DNA from: Octopus bimaculoides
Taxonomy: Eukaryota
NCBI RefSeq assembly: GCF_001194135.2
Contig: NC_068985.1
Coordinates: 112,245,663-112,309,662 of the forward strand
Length of the DNA: 64,000 nucleotides
Direction: 5' to 3'
Shown: one piece after another, positions 28,234 through 40,816 of the stretch
Layout: each line of letters begins with the position of its first letter
Position numbering within the stretch: position 1 is the first letter of the stretch
Program-made: the position numbers and the translations under genes
The notes under the pieces: generated by a model
What the model saw: the letters and a program-made list of their open reading frames with translations, nothing else
Databases searched by the model: none
What the model was told of the DNA's origin: nothing

Positions 28234-28815
28234 GAATTCCGGTTTAAGCTCCCCATGTAATCCTTCATAACCTTTCTTTATTTTTTGCAATTTTCAGAAA
28301 ATTTTTGCAAACACAGGAAGAATTCATATGATTATGCAAAAAAACCAAAAAAAACCCCAAAACCCCCCTCACTTTTTTTGTGTGATTTAAGACCGATTTA
28401 GCTGTTATTTTTAGCACATCTCACGACCACCTGATACCTTCCTTGTTTCTTTGTCACTCTGACAGGTATTGAGGTTTTTCACCATTTTTCTCTCCATAAA
28501 CATATTTAATCGAATGATGATGCACCCAAGGGCAGTCCATTGCTAAGAGTTAAGCAAAGAATTTGGATTGTCCATATTTGAAACTCTGGTTTAAAAAAAA
28601 CATTCAGGAAAGAGAACTTTTAGGATTGGAAGTTGGGGGCGGGGAGAAACGGGTTTTAAAAAAATTTTCTTTTAAATTAAAAAAATTTTTTTTTCTTTTT
28701 CATAATTGTATGAACTCCCATGTGTAGAACAAAAATTTGCAGAAATTTTCTGAAAATTCCCCAAAAATAGAAAAGTTATGAAGGGTTATATATGATGTGC
28801 TTAAGCTACAATTCC
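28234..28815. mobile_element. MITE with roughly 120-bp diverged inverted arms, about 125 bp into the intron after the 210-nt exon
   Basis: 28234-28350 (CCTTCATAACCTTT...TTTTCAGAAAATTT...) is the reverse complement of 28690-28815 (...AAATTTTCTGAAAA...AAAGTTATGAAGG). Confidence 0.65.
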
Positions 28816-28940
28816 AGAGAATGGCCATTTCTCACAGCTAAGACATTTACGATTATAAATTTGCTAAATCATAATTGATCTGATGCTTAACAACAAGATG
28901 TGAAGTTTCAAAAAAGGGAAACGGTAAACTTTAAACTTAC

Positions 28941-29150
28941 CATGTGACTGATTGGATGTCATGGCGCTGGGTGATGGTGGGGGTGGAGGAAAGGGATACG
29001 TATCATCACTTCCACTCCCATCTGATGTGGTTCGTTTTGTGGTCCCGTAAGCCAAACTGTTGCGATTGAGAAGATCAGGCACTTGAATGCCGGTAGCAGG
29101 AACCAGCGGGGGAGTCTTGGTGTTGATATGATTGTGTGATGACGAGTGAG
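28941..29150 (-). CDS. CASKIN: Coding exon, 210 nt, phase 1-1, low-complexity linker (HSSSHNHINTKTPPLVPATGIQVPDLLNRNSLAYGTTKRTTSDGSGSDDTYPFPPPPPSPSAMTSNQSH)
   Basis: Pyrimidine-rich acceptor ...catttccttgcAG at 29152-29151, donor G|GTAAGT at 28940-28935. Open frame; GC- and CpG-richer than its flanks. Phase matches the SH3 exon upstream and the 21572 exon downstream. Confidence 0.82.
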
Positions 29151-29416
29151 CTGCAAGGAAATGAGATAAGATTGCAATAAGAAAGAGAGACAGACGAGGA
29201 GAAAGATGACAGACCAAACGAAACAAAAAAAATAAATAAATAAATAATGAAAAATAAACAATAAAATAATAGAAATGTGGGTGGTTACTATAGATACAAG
29301 TGTGTCTGGATGCAGGGCAGAATGACAGCTGGGACACAAGCTAAAGAATTTAGAGTTTGGTGGTGCTTTATCAGTTTCGCGTGAGTATATGTTTTATATA
29401 TACATATATACATATA

Positions 29417-29447
<31 letters not shown>

Positions 29448-29635
29448 ACATGCATACATATATATACATACACACACATGTATACACACAAACATGTATA
29501 TACATACATATATATACACAAGCACACAGACATATACAAACACACACATTTACATATATATACACACACACATATATATGGACTGTGTGCGCCTGTGTGT
29601 GTGAGTGTATATATAGACATGTGTGTATGTATGTA

Positions 29636-29678
<43 letters not shown>

Positions 29679-30989
29679 TTGTATAATATGTTATTTTAAA
29701 GCTAAATATACTGTCCAAACATGACTACCATGATGTGGTTGGATGGTTGGATGTATTCCTCTTGGTGCACTGAGCTACCAGTTATCAGTGGCTGTGCAAA
29801 ATCTACCCCTGCACCCACACATCACTGCAGAGAGGGGGCGCTTGCCCTCCCCCCCAACACTGTTATCAATACTATATTGACATCTCTAACACTGCCAAAT
29901 CACCATACCACCACCACCACCACCAACATCATCACATCTACTACCATGTGTTTAGCATGTTTCCTTGTTCACCTGAGGTCAATGACCCAGATATGAAAGG
30001 ATGTTGTGATGGACACAGACACACACAAAAATAACCAAAGATATTTTATTTATTTACTCATTTATTTGTTTTATTTTGCACTGCTTTTTCCAAAGTGCAT
30101 ATGAGGATTTGAACCAAGTGCTTTGAGATACTAAAATACTGATGGATTACATATTGCCCTTGTTCGTAACTGCAAGGTAAAACTGCACCATCTTATGATA
30201 ACACATCTACGGTTAGGACACTACACAGAACTAGTGGTCTAGTGACTTTTAGGTAGAGGGTGAAAATCTTAATTGGGTTAGGATTGAGTAGATACTGACA
30301 GCAGAGAGATGCATTATAAGACACTTTCTTGAGACAAACACTGCAGCTTTTCTGGCTTTTTACACTATATCTACATAGAAATATACAGAATGCTATTTTG
30401 AATTAATATTGTCTCCATTACTAATACCAATTTGCGACACCAGTAATTTGTTAATCACTGTTTTTCTATATCAGTAGAAGCTAAAATTGTCTAAGTGATT
30501 GATAGTGGATACTTGCAACTGATGATGTGCAAAGACGCAGCTGGATGCTATTCATCTGCTACCGATATATTTTTTGTGCTTTTTAGCACTATACGTCTAT
30601 AAAAGATACTTTCTCTGGCTTTCTACAGTATATCTACATTAAATAAAATATACAGAACGCTATTTTGAACTACCACTACTTCCATCCTTAATAATGAATT
30701 AATATAGATGACATAATTATAGTTAACTGCTTTTCAACTCTGGGTTTATGCCAGGAATCTCAGTTTGCAGAGCTGGCATATCCTTGAGCAAACTGTTCTG
30801 GCTTCTAAAGTGCACTAAAGTAGAAAGCAGGCAATCATTTTATGACTGGTTGGTTGACAACTTCAGCTTACAGTTGTAACCCGACATTTTTCATACTTTG
30901 GCTAACTTTTAAATTCAATATTGCTATCACTCATAGATATGCTTATAAAATATTTTTAAAATACGGTGCAGCATCCATGACTTTTGGAA

Positions 30990-31111
30990 ACATTTTTTCA
31001 CTCAGAATTTTCAAAGCATGGAATAAACTATCTGCATCAGTTATTGGCAGTCAGAACACCACATCTTTCAAGATTTCTATGCTCCTTGAAATTTACCAGC
31101 GCTACCCCTGA
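30990..31111 (+). mobile_element. CR1/L2-type LINE 3' end fragment
   Basis: NIFSLRIFKAWNKLSASVIGSQNTTSFK resembles the FFSxRVVxxWNxLP...SxxxFK terminus. A related copy lies on the minus strand at about 16060-16180. Confidence 0.55.
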
Positions 31112-32619
31112 TGTGCCTTTCCTCTTTATGGATATCTTTCACTTTTCATTTATCCTTTACTTGTTTCAGTCATTTGACTGTGGCCATGCTGGGGCACCAC
31201 CTTGAAGAATTTTTAGTCAAATACATTGATCCCAGTATTTCTTTTTTTAAAGCCTGGAACTTATTCTATTGGTCTCTTTTGCCAAACCATTAAGCTACAG
31301 GGATGTAGGCACAGACACAAAGACATATACACACACACACACAGAGGCATGATGGGCTTCTTTCAGTTTCTGTCTACCAAATCCAATCACAAAGCTTTGG
31401 TTGGCCCAAGGCTATTATAATAGAAGACATTTTTTCAAGGTGCCCTGCAGTGAGACTGAACCTGGAACCATGTGGTTGAGAAGCTAGTTTCTTTTGCATT
31501 TCATTCTTTGTACTATACTTTTGCCTAGCATTACTGTCTTTCTTTAATGACTACTGCTGCCTTCTGCCCCATTTTTCACCCTTTGGCAACAAGTTGTAAT
31601 GAAACTGAGCACTGTATACAATAAGCTTATTATTATCATCTAGCGCTTGCAAGCCAACTGTATTAATGATCAGACAACGTAGCTATTTGCAAGTCTTCTT
31701 TCAATGTATGACAGTCGTAGTATCATGACAATGGTTGTTGTTGCAGAATGTGCTACTGTGCTTAACTTATGACTATATATAAACAGACAAACATTATGCC
31801 ATTTCTTTCTAGATTTCTATACAAACTACACTTTCAGCATGACTTAATTCTTGCTGGCAATGGTGCTGCATAAAAAAGCACCCAAGCCACTCTGTAAAGT
31901 GGTTGGCATTAGGAAGGGCATCCAGCTGTAAAAACCATGCCAAAATAGACCTCACTGGGGCTGGTGCCACATAAAAAGCATCCAGTCCAGTCCAGTCTGT
32001 AAGGTGGTTGGTATCAAGAAAGGCATCCAGCCATAAAAATCAGGCCAAAACAGACAGTGATGCCTGGTGCAGTCTTTTGGATTGCCAGCTCCTATTGAAC
32101 TATCCAACCCATGCCAGCATGGAAAACAGGGATGATGATGATGAAGACTGTGAATTATGAGTTCAAAACAAATTGGAACAAGATTATATTATCATATAGC
32201 AAAAACCAGAATTATTATAATTATTATAAATACAATTTAGTGTATTTGGAGAATGCACAGTGCTCACCTAGCGTGTGTCTGTGCGTGCGTGTACACACAG
32301 ACACACAATATGTGTCACTAGTTGTATAACCTGTCCTGCTAGCATTACATGACTAATAAATGTTCTTGTCAAGATAAAACAGCAGAGTTAAAATAGCAGA
32401 AACAAATTTCATTCATTCGAATTTAATAATTTTTTTTTTTTTTACATCTGTTTTTCTATGCTAGCATGTGTTGGATAAATATACCATTGAAGCATCGTTT
32501 TACACCCAGATGCCCTTCTTCTCTCTATCCATTACCTGTTTTGCAAGGGGTCTCTTCACTCACATGTCTCTGAAGGCATGAAAAAGGAAGACGATTTACT
32601 CTTTTTTTTTTTATTACTC

Positions 32620-33000
32620 TTTTGCTTGTTTCAGTCATTTGACTGCAGCCATGCTGGAGCACCGCCTTTTAGTCGAGCATATCAACCCCGGGACTTATTC
32701 TTTGTAAGCCTAGTACTTATTCTATCGGTCTCTTTTGCTGAACCGCTAAGTGACAGGGACATAAACACACCAGCATCGGTTGTCAAGCAATGCTAGGGGG
32801 ACAAACACAGACACACAAACACACACACATATACATATATACGACGGGCTTCATTCAGTTTCTGTCTACCAAATCCACTCACAAGGCTTTGGTCAGCCCG
32901 AGGCTATAGTAGAAGACACTTGCCCAAGATGCCACGCAGCGGGACTGAACCCGGAACCATGTGGTTGGTAAGCAAGCTGCTTACCACACAGCCACTCCTG
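32620..33000 (-). mobile_element. SINE family B, near full-length copy
   Basis: Very similar to 25880-26270 along its length. Confidence 0.85.
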
Positions 33001-33112
33001 CACCTAGAGAGTAATAACAACAAAACTGCTAGTAAGGAACAACTTTCAGAGCACAAATGTAAACAAACACAAACATGTACACACACACACGCTTGTGCAT
33101 ATGCACATTTAG

Positions 33113-33555
33113 GGTAAATGCTTGTATTCTGAGGGTGCTGCTGCACTCTGAATGCATGAGTTGATGTCTCATCAGGTGGTGAAGCAGCCCTGTAGGTGTT
33201 TCGGCCCCTTTCACCATGACACCAGAACTGCTCAGGGACAGACACCAATGCAAGCAACAGCACAACATGCAACTCATGCACAACAGTACAAGTTTTGTTG
33301 GGTCAGACATTGGGACTCTGAGCCAAATGTTTCCACCCACCTCAATGCTTTTTCTTGTGCTACCACTCATCCTCTCTTGAGCCAGATGTAATGGCTTGCT
33401 TTCTTAGAGACCCCTGATAATTTTCTTGGAGCATCATTCCTCCCCTTCACAGCTAGTCCAAGACTTTTGAACTTCAAGTGAATCCTTGTTCCAACAAATC
33501 CTTTAACACTTATCATTACATAACGGAATATTGCCTCCCATCCATTGTTTTTATT
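33113..33555 (-). mobile_element. 3' fragment of a restriction-like-endonuclease non-LTR retrotransposon (HERO/NeSL-like): end of ORF plus 3' UTR
   Basis: 33555-33367 translates NNGWEAIFRYVMISVKGFVGTRIHLKFKSLGLAVKGRNDAPRKLSGVSKKASHYIWLKRG*. This resembles the recalled GW...EVGxRGFVG...LG...AAEKASxWLWLKR C-terminus of HERO-type RLE ORFs. Confidence 0.6.
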
Positions 33556-33896
33556 TTTCTACCAAAGTACCAAATTCACTCACAAGGCTTTGATCAGCTC
33601 CTTGCGAAAGACATCATTCATTGGGGATTGAACTCATAATCTTATGATCGTGAAGAGTACTTCTCAACCACCCAAGCATGCTTGTACTGATTATAGTGTC
33701 TAATTTGCGAAGATAAACAATGGCAAACATTCTGCAGTATAAATCGCAGCGCAGTTGTCCGACAAATGATAGATATACGATTACAGTCTCTCTGTCTGTA
33801 AGACTGTTGCTCTTTATGTTTTCATTGCACATTGGTTCTTATAATAATATACACATACAGTAGTCTTTTCAACTTGCATACGCTTTGCAAATAGAT

Positions 33897-33902
33897 TTTA
33901 TT
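33897..33902 (-). terminator. Candidate polyadenylation signal AATAAA of the alternative terminal exon
   Basis: AATAAA on the minus strand followed about 40 nt later by a TGTATGTGT GU-rich element, downstream of unique sequence following the stop at 34111. AATAAA is common in AT-rich DNA. Confidence 0.4.
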
Positions 33903-34110
33903 AAAACAAAGCCAATAAGAAACATATATTACACATTTAATCTATTACATTTAGTCATGTTTTACAAACAGTGCATTCATGCAGAAGTCTCTCTCTCTCT
34001 CTCTCCACGCCACCAGCTGCACAATACTGCATAGTAGAGCAACGGCAGCACCAGCATCTAATCACAGCTGCCACTTAAAGACGGCATCTCGTTAATTAAG
34101 CAAAGATGGA

Positions 34111-34172
34111 TTAACAATAATGTTCAAACATCTCCAATCTCTCTCTCATCTCCTTTGAATCAATGCAATTTC
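34111..34172 (-). CDS. CASKIN: Candidate alternative terminal exon coding part (G-NCIDSKEMRERLEMFEHYC-stop)
   Basis: Strong acceptor ttctttttcttctgcttttcAG at 34174-34173; phase-1 frame closes at TAA 34113-34111; AATAAA about 210 nt downstream. Confidence 0.45.
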
Positions 34173-34589
34173 CTGAAAAGCAGAAGAAAAAGAAGGGGGA
34201 AAAAACAACAACAACAAAAAGTACTACACCAGCATCATTGAATATTCTGATGACACTATGGGGTGGGTTTTGGGTGGGGAATGATGTTGGTAGTGGTGGT
34301 GGGGGTGGAAAGTGGGGAGGAAAAGTTAAAGAGGTAAAAACAAATAATGAATGAAACCCCACCAAAAAAATAATTAAAAAAAGGAATAAAAGGCAGAGAA
34401 GAAAATAAAAAAAAAAATTCCTGAGAAATAAGAAAAAAAGAAAACAAAGAAATGTAGAAAAAGAAAAAGCAAAGATAAGTAGAATAGAGAAGTATGAGAA
34501 GTGTTGTAGAATGAAGGGATATAAGGAGTCTGAGGATTAGGAGAATAGCGAAATGAGGAATAAGAGATTAGTAAAGTATGAGGAGCTGA

Positions 34590-35470
34590 ATAGGGAAGTA
34601 TGAGGAGGAGGAGGAGTAGAGTACAAGACTAAGAAGGGAGTAGTAGAGTACAAGGCAGAAGTGCAGAAGCAGAACACAAGAGTGTGATGAGGAGTAGAGT
34701 ACGAGGATGAGGAGGAGGAGGATAAGGAGGAGGAGGGGGGAGACTAAGAAGGGAGTAGTAGAGTACAAGGCTAAGAAGGGAGTAGTAGAGTACAAGGAAG
34801 AGGAGTAAAGTACAAGACTAAGAAGGGAGTAGTAGAGTACAAGGCTGAAGTGCAGTAGCAGAACACAAGAGTATGATGAGGAGTAGAGTACAAAGAAGTG
34901 GAGTACAAGGCTAAGAAGGGAGTAGTAGAGTACAAGGAAGAGGAGTAAAGTACAAGACTAAGAAGGGAGTAGTAGAGTACAAGGCTGAAATGCAGTAGCA
35001 GAACACAAGAGTGTGATGAGTAGTAGAGTACAAGGAGGAGGAGAAGGAGTAGTACAAGACTATGAAGAGTAATAATAAAGTACAAGCCTAGGAAGAAGAG
35101 GAGAGTAGAGTACAGGCCTATGAGGAAGAGGAGTAGAGTATAATACTATGAAGAGGAGAAGAAAAGTATAAGATTGAAAAATGGTAGTAGAATACAAGAG
35201 TTAGGAGGAGAATACATGACAGTGAGTTGTAGTAGAGTACGAGACTGGGGAGAAGTAGAGCACAAGACTTTTTGAAAAGTACCTGTAGAGTATAAAAGTA
35301 TGATGAGGAGAATATAGAACTGTGAGGTGTCATAGGAGTATGAGACAATGGAGAGTAATTGTAGAGTACAAAAGTATTTGAAGAGGAGTAACAGAGTACA
35401 AGACTATAAGGAGTGGTATTAAAATACAAGAGTACTTGAACAGTGGTAGAATAGAGAAGCATTAGGTGTT
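34590..35470. repeat. Purine-rich minisatellite built on GAGTAGAGTACAAG with higher-order duplication
   Basis: Repeated AAGGGAGTAGTAGAGTACAAGG blocks; 34775-34870 is nearly duplicated at 34915-35010; decays distally. Confidence 0.85.
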
Positions 35471-38023
35471 GATGAGAGAAAATGTTAAAATCAGATGGCA
35501 GACAGCAGAGAAGAGGAGGAAGTAAAAGAAAAAAATACATTCAACAGGAAAAAAGGAAGAACTGTAAGAACGGAAAGATGAGTTCTTAGCTAATGAATTG
35601 ACAATATTTATAGTGAAATAATTAACTTAATGAGTCTTATGTTTTATGTTTTGTTTAGCTGAATTAACTGTCCTGTTGCATGAAACAAGAATGGTCTGTA
35701 TTTGTTTCATTAATTTTACAAATTGCTAATTGAAGGCACTCCTATACTGACCATCCCTCCTGTAAAGTAGAAGTACAATATTCGCAAGCCGTGATTGGTC
35801 AGGACTGAAAAGTTCTTCTCAATGTCACAAACCTGGGTAAGGCTTTTTTTTTTTCAGGGTTAACTTCTAGTTGTCTTTGTGGGTCTCCTCTATCCATTCC
35901 AATGATGTTTTCCGAGAGAAAAGACTTACATAGCTCAGTGCCAGTTTTGCCATAGGTGAATAAATGAATATAAAAACCACTGCCATTGTTTTAAAGTCTA
36001 CTTTTCCGTGCTTGCATGCATGAGTCAGATTGAATTTGTCGAGGTGGATATTCTACAGCCAGATGCTCTTCCTGTCACCAACTCTCACCTGTTTCTAAGT
36101 AAGATGGTATTTCCCCTTGGCAGGATATGCTTTCACATAGAATTGGAAATGAAGCGTAACACTTGCACGATGAAGATGCTTGCTTACAACCATCACACGA
36201 CGTCGAGGAAAGGAGAGAGTAACACACACATGATGGTTTTCTTTTAGTTTCTTCATCACTTAACTTCTACCTTCCATACTGGCGTAGGTTGGATGGTTTG
36301 ATAGGAGCCAGCCAAGCAGGAGCCCGCACCAGACTTCTGTGTCTGTTTTGGCAGGGTTTTACAGCTGGATGCCCTTCCTAACACCAACCACCCAGCAAAG
36401 TTTCCATCTACCAAATTCACCTACAAAGTTTCATTCAGCCTGAGGCTATAGTAGAAGATACTTTTCAATATGCCATGCAGTTGGGATTGAACCCAAAATT
36501 ACATGGTTAGGAAGCAAGCTTCTCAACTCCACAACCTCAACTGCCCCTATTGTCTCATCATCTATATGTATTATGTCCATACCAGCAGAGCCATTGCTCT
36601 TGTATGCAACACTTGATTCCTCTTAAACCCTGATCTCTGATCTCAGTGTTCACACACAGCAACATTACATATCCAGCTAATCACGCTCACTTTGTTTCTT
36701 TCCAACCTTCATACACACACACACACACACACACACACATTCTCCGCAATTTCTAACAGGTCAAGCAAAGACATAGAGACTCCTTTGTTACAGATCACCC
36801 AAACATCTTTGGTATACCAGCAAGCTTGTGTATTAGTATTTAACAGCAAAATTAACTACAGATAGCAATGAGAACTAACTGGAGTCAAATACATCAGTTA
36901 GAAAACATCAAAATTACATTTATACAGTCAAGGAGATCAAAGCTAAACAAGGTCATCCATCAGAACAGAACAAATACGTACATGTTTATCAGAATTGATC
37001 AAATGTAGGCATATTTATTGGAACTGAAATACACATACATTCATCAGAACTGGATAAATATACACACATCCATTAGAACTAAACAAATATATACAGTAAC
37101 CACAATTAAACATGGATATACACCATTAACAACAGCAGCATTACTGGTGATAACTGCATAATGCTATATAAAGCTGTGATGAGGAATGTTAGAGCAACAC
37201 TGACTGTGAACCTGAGGTGAGGGTTGTTATGCTAAGAATTGGTTTGTATATCGGCACAAGAAAAGAGAAATCTCTTTATCTCTTGTACTTGTTTCAGTCA
37301 TTACATAGCGGCCATGTTGGGGCACCACCTTAAATTTTTAGTTAAATCAACTGACCCCAGTACATTTTTATTATTTATTTTTTTTAAGCCTGGTGCTTAT
37401 TCTATAAGATTCTTTTGTCAAACCACTAGCTTACGGGGACACAAACCCCTTGTCAAGTGATGGTGAGGGTCAAATACAGACACATATATCTGATGGGCTT
37501 CTTTCAGTTTCTGTTTACCAAATCTACTCACAAAACTTTGGTTGACCCAAGGCTATAATAGAAGACTTTGCCCAAGGTGCCATAATGTGGGACCGAACCC
37601 AGAACCATGTGGTTCGGAAGCAAGCTTCTTACCAAATATATTTTCCATTGGACACAACAACATGCCCTGTCTATTGACCATTGTGGTTAGTGCAGAGAAG
37701 GGACATGCTCTTTGTGCCTTGTCTCCATGTATTTTGTGATGCTGCTGCTGATGATGATGATGTTATTGATAGTAAGCATTAGTGTGGTGTTAAATATCAA
37801 AGGTTAAAATCATGATTGCCGCGCTGTGGTATTAGCATTAAAAGGCACTTCTGATGTTGATGGAAGACAAACAACCATCTATGCAATAAACAGTTCTTCG
37901 CATCGATATAGACACACCATACATAACATACACACACAAGTATACATGGGGTCATGTGCATTTACAAACAAACAAAACCACATCTATGTTAAAAAATAAA
38001 CATATCTCCATACATAGATGCAT

Positions 38024-38083
<60 letters not shown>

Positions 38084-38529
38084 AAATCACATCTATATTA
38101 AAAAATAAAAATATCTGCACACACACACACACACACACACAAGATGCATAAATAAAGCAGGTAACCTTTAACAAATGTATTTCTGACACTTTGGAATGAA
38201 TGTCTGCATAACAGCGCTGGTCACTAATAGAAACCTGCCAACTACATACATACACAAATACATACATATATATTTATATATATATATATACATAGGTAAA
38301 AAGTAAAAGTGAAAATAGTACGGAAGTATGTTTAAAGATGCTTTTATTTATTTTTTTTTCTTTAATCAGACAGAAGTATTTTTATGTGTTACATTAAATG
38401 ACTTTTATAAAATATTAGCAGTTCCGATGTGTATGTTCATCTTATCAATTATTAAAAAATTCAAAGTGAGGAATTAGGAAATAGGAATTAAAAATGAGAA
38501 ATTAAAACAGTTTTTTCTCATATTTTGTG

Positions 38530-38800
38530 CATAGTTAAGAGCATGTATGTTGTTACTAGACCCAACTCCTTGTAGAACAAATATTGCCAAGCGTAATACT
38601 CAAATTACAGAGCAGAAGGCAAGCCACTGGATTTGGTTATAAAGAGATGATGAGCAATGTCTCAAAGAATATTGAGTGAAACCTAACAACCAATTGATCT
38701 AGCAAGTGGGGCCTCATTTCAGCGAGGTGAGGGCTGATGTACAATGATGCCATCAAGGGGAATACCCTGAAATGGTGTGCATTCTCTCCTGATACCCCAT
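38530..38800 (+). mobile_element. Second, more decayed HERO-like 3' fragment
   Basis: Translates ...ITEQKASHWIWL*RDDE, the same KASHxIWLKR terminal motif as the 33367-33555 copy. Confidence 0.45.
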
Positions 38801-40816
38801 AAGCTTGCTAGCGTCCGATGCAGAGCTTTCAACTGGTAGCACTTGCATCTGCAAGTTGTTTGTAAAATCTCTCTTTCCCTCTATGTGTGTATGTGTGTAT
38901 GTGTGTGTGTATTTATTATTTGATAGACACAATACATGTCTTTATGTGCTACTAATAGTTTCTTGTGCTGAGAACATGCTAAATAATGAATTAGAGTATG
39001 TGTAACAACTCTGCACAAGTCATCAGGTACAAGCCATAGCATAAACTAAAAATTGAGTCTGCTTTCCATGCTGGCATAAGTTGGTCAGTTTGACAGGGGC
39101 CAGTCAGGTAGAAGACTACTCCAGGCTACTGTCTGTTCTGGTATAGTTTTTACAACTGGATGCCTTCCTAACATGAACCACCCTGCAGAGTGGACTGAAC
39201 ACAAGCAAAGTCAGTTTTGGTATGGTTTTTACAGATGGATGACCTTCCAAATACCAAACACTTCACAGTGCGGACAGGATGCTTTTAACGTGGTACCAGT
39301 GCTGGCAAGGTTACCAAGTAACTTGCAGGACAAAGAATTTTAAGAGGGAAGGAGGCATTGGAGGAGGTGATGCATGTATGCATATATGTTTGAATGCATG
39401 TCATTGTTCAGTTTTATTTCAAGATCTCTTGCCAATAGAGAAAGAGTCGGTTTCTAGCCTAGATCCAAGGTTCCATCATTGGAATTTCAACATCAACAAC
39501 AGGTCATTTTTGTTTGTATTTATGTATGTATGTATGTATATATATATGTGAAGATTCTTATGGTTTGCTTTATTGAGAGAAACCTAGAAACCAATTGATC
39601 TAGTGTATAGTCATGCGAATACATATATATATGCGAATACTATGTATTCGCACGCATATAGTTGCATATCTAGACATGCTCATATATATATTCAAATGAT
39701 AAACTTCTGGAAAGTATTACAGGTTTTAGCAGTTCTAGTGATGGATTGAATCTGTAGTTTTCGAATTAGCTTTCTCCCTTCTAGTTTTGAGAAGTCTAAT
39801 TTCTCAAGTTTGGTATTTGTGTTATGTGTGTATATATAGGCTTTTAGTATTGCAAACTGCAAGGCAGCCTAACATGCAGTGACGTGTTCGGTGATAGGAA
39901 AGGCATCCAGCAGACATTGGAGAATGATGCAGTCCAGTGAATCTGCTAGAACCTCTCAAAACCGTCTAACGTAAACCATCCTAGAAAATGGACATTAAAA
40001 GACGACGGTGATGATGATTCCAGTTGATGAAACATCTGGAATACTCGTCATTGAGGCTGTGTCACATGATACATGTACATATTGGTGTGCATGTGTGAAA
40101 ATATAAGTGTGCGTGTGTGTGTACATATATGAAGTACACATATGCACAGACACTAAACGGTTTACACATCACCTTTGCTGTGATCAACCCCTTCTTGTAT
40201 TATAACCAACAGATCTTCCTTTTCCGGTGAAACTGTTTATTTCAAACAAGAGTCTGTTAGTGCATTAGCTGCTGCACCATCTGTTACTTGACATAATTAC
40301 CTTCTTTTTTTTTCCTTTTTTTTTTGTTACCTAGTATTCAGGTCACTTAGTACAACTTATCAGTATATAATAATATATTCTATGTCATTAGATAAACTCT
40401 CACAACACTGATGCGGAACCATAACCACCACCACCACCACCACCACCATCGCTGCCATCTCACCAGAAAGTAAAAATGAAAACACGTTTTCATATAACTG
40501 CCATTATCCAATGAAAACTATTTGTCCTGCATAGCATCTGTTATAGTTAAAACTGCATAAAAACTATGGAAGCCACTCTGTGCTAGCACCCTTAAAATTC
40601 CAGTTCAAAGTACATCAGTGACAATGTGTGTATTTGTATATTTATGATTTGTGTCTAAAAGAGGTAAAGGAGTATGTCTAGTTAGGTTACACAGTGAATA
40701 TGTACCAAGACAATTGACAAGTCCCTTAACTCCTTGGGGGGCCATTGGGATGCTGCAGCCATGCAGCATGTCTAGGGTAAGAAAGCCTGGTGGAGCCCAT
40801 CTCTCTCCAGGCTAAA

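Noticed and set aside
35748-35800. Exon candidate ending ATG|GTCAGT near 35748
   Set aside because: Poor pyrimidine tract and not frame-preserving.
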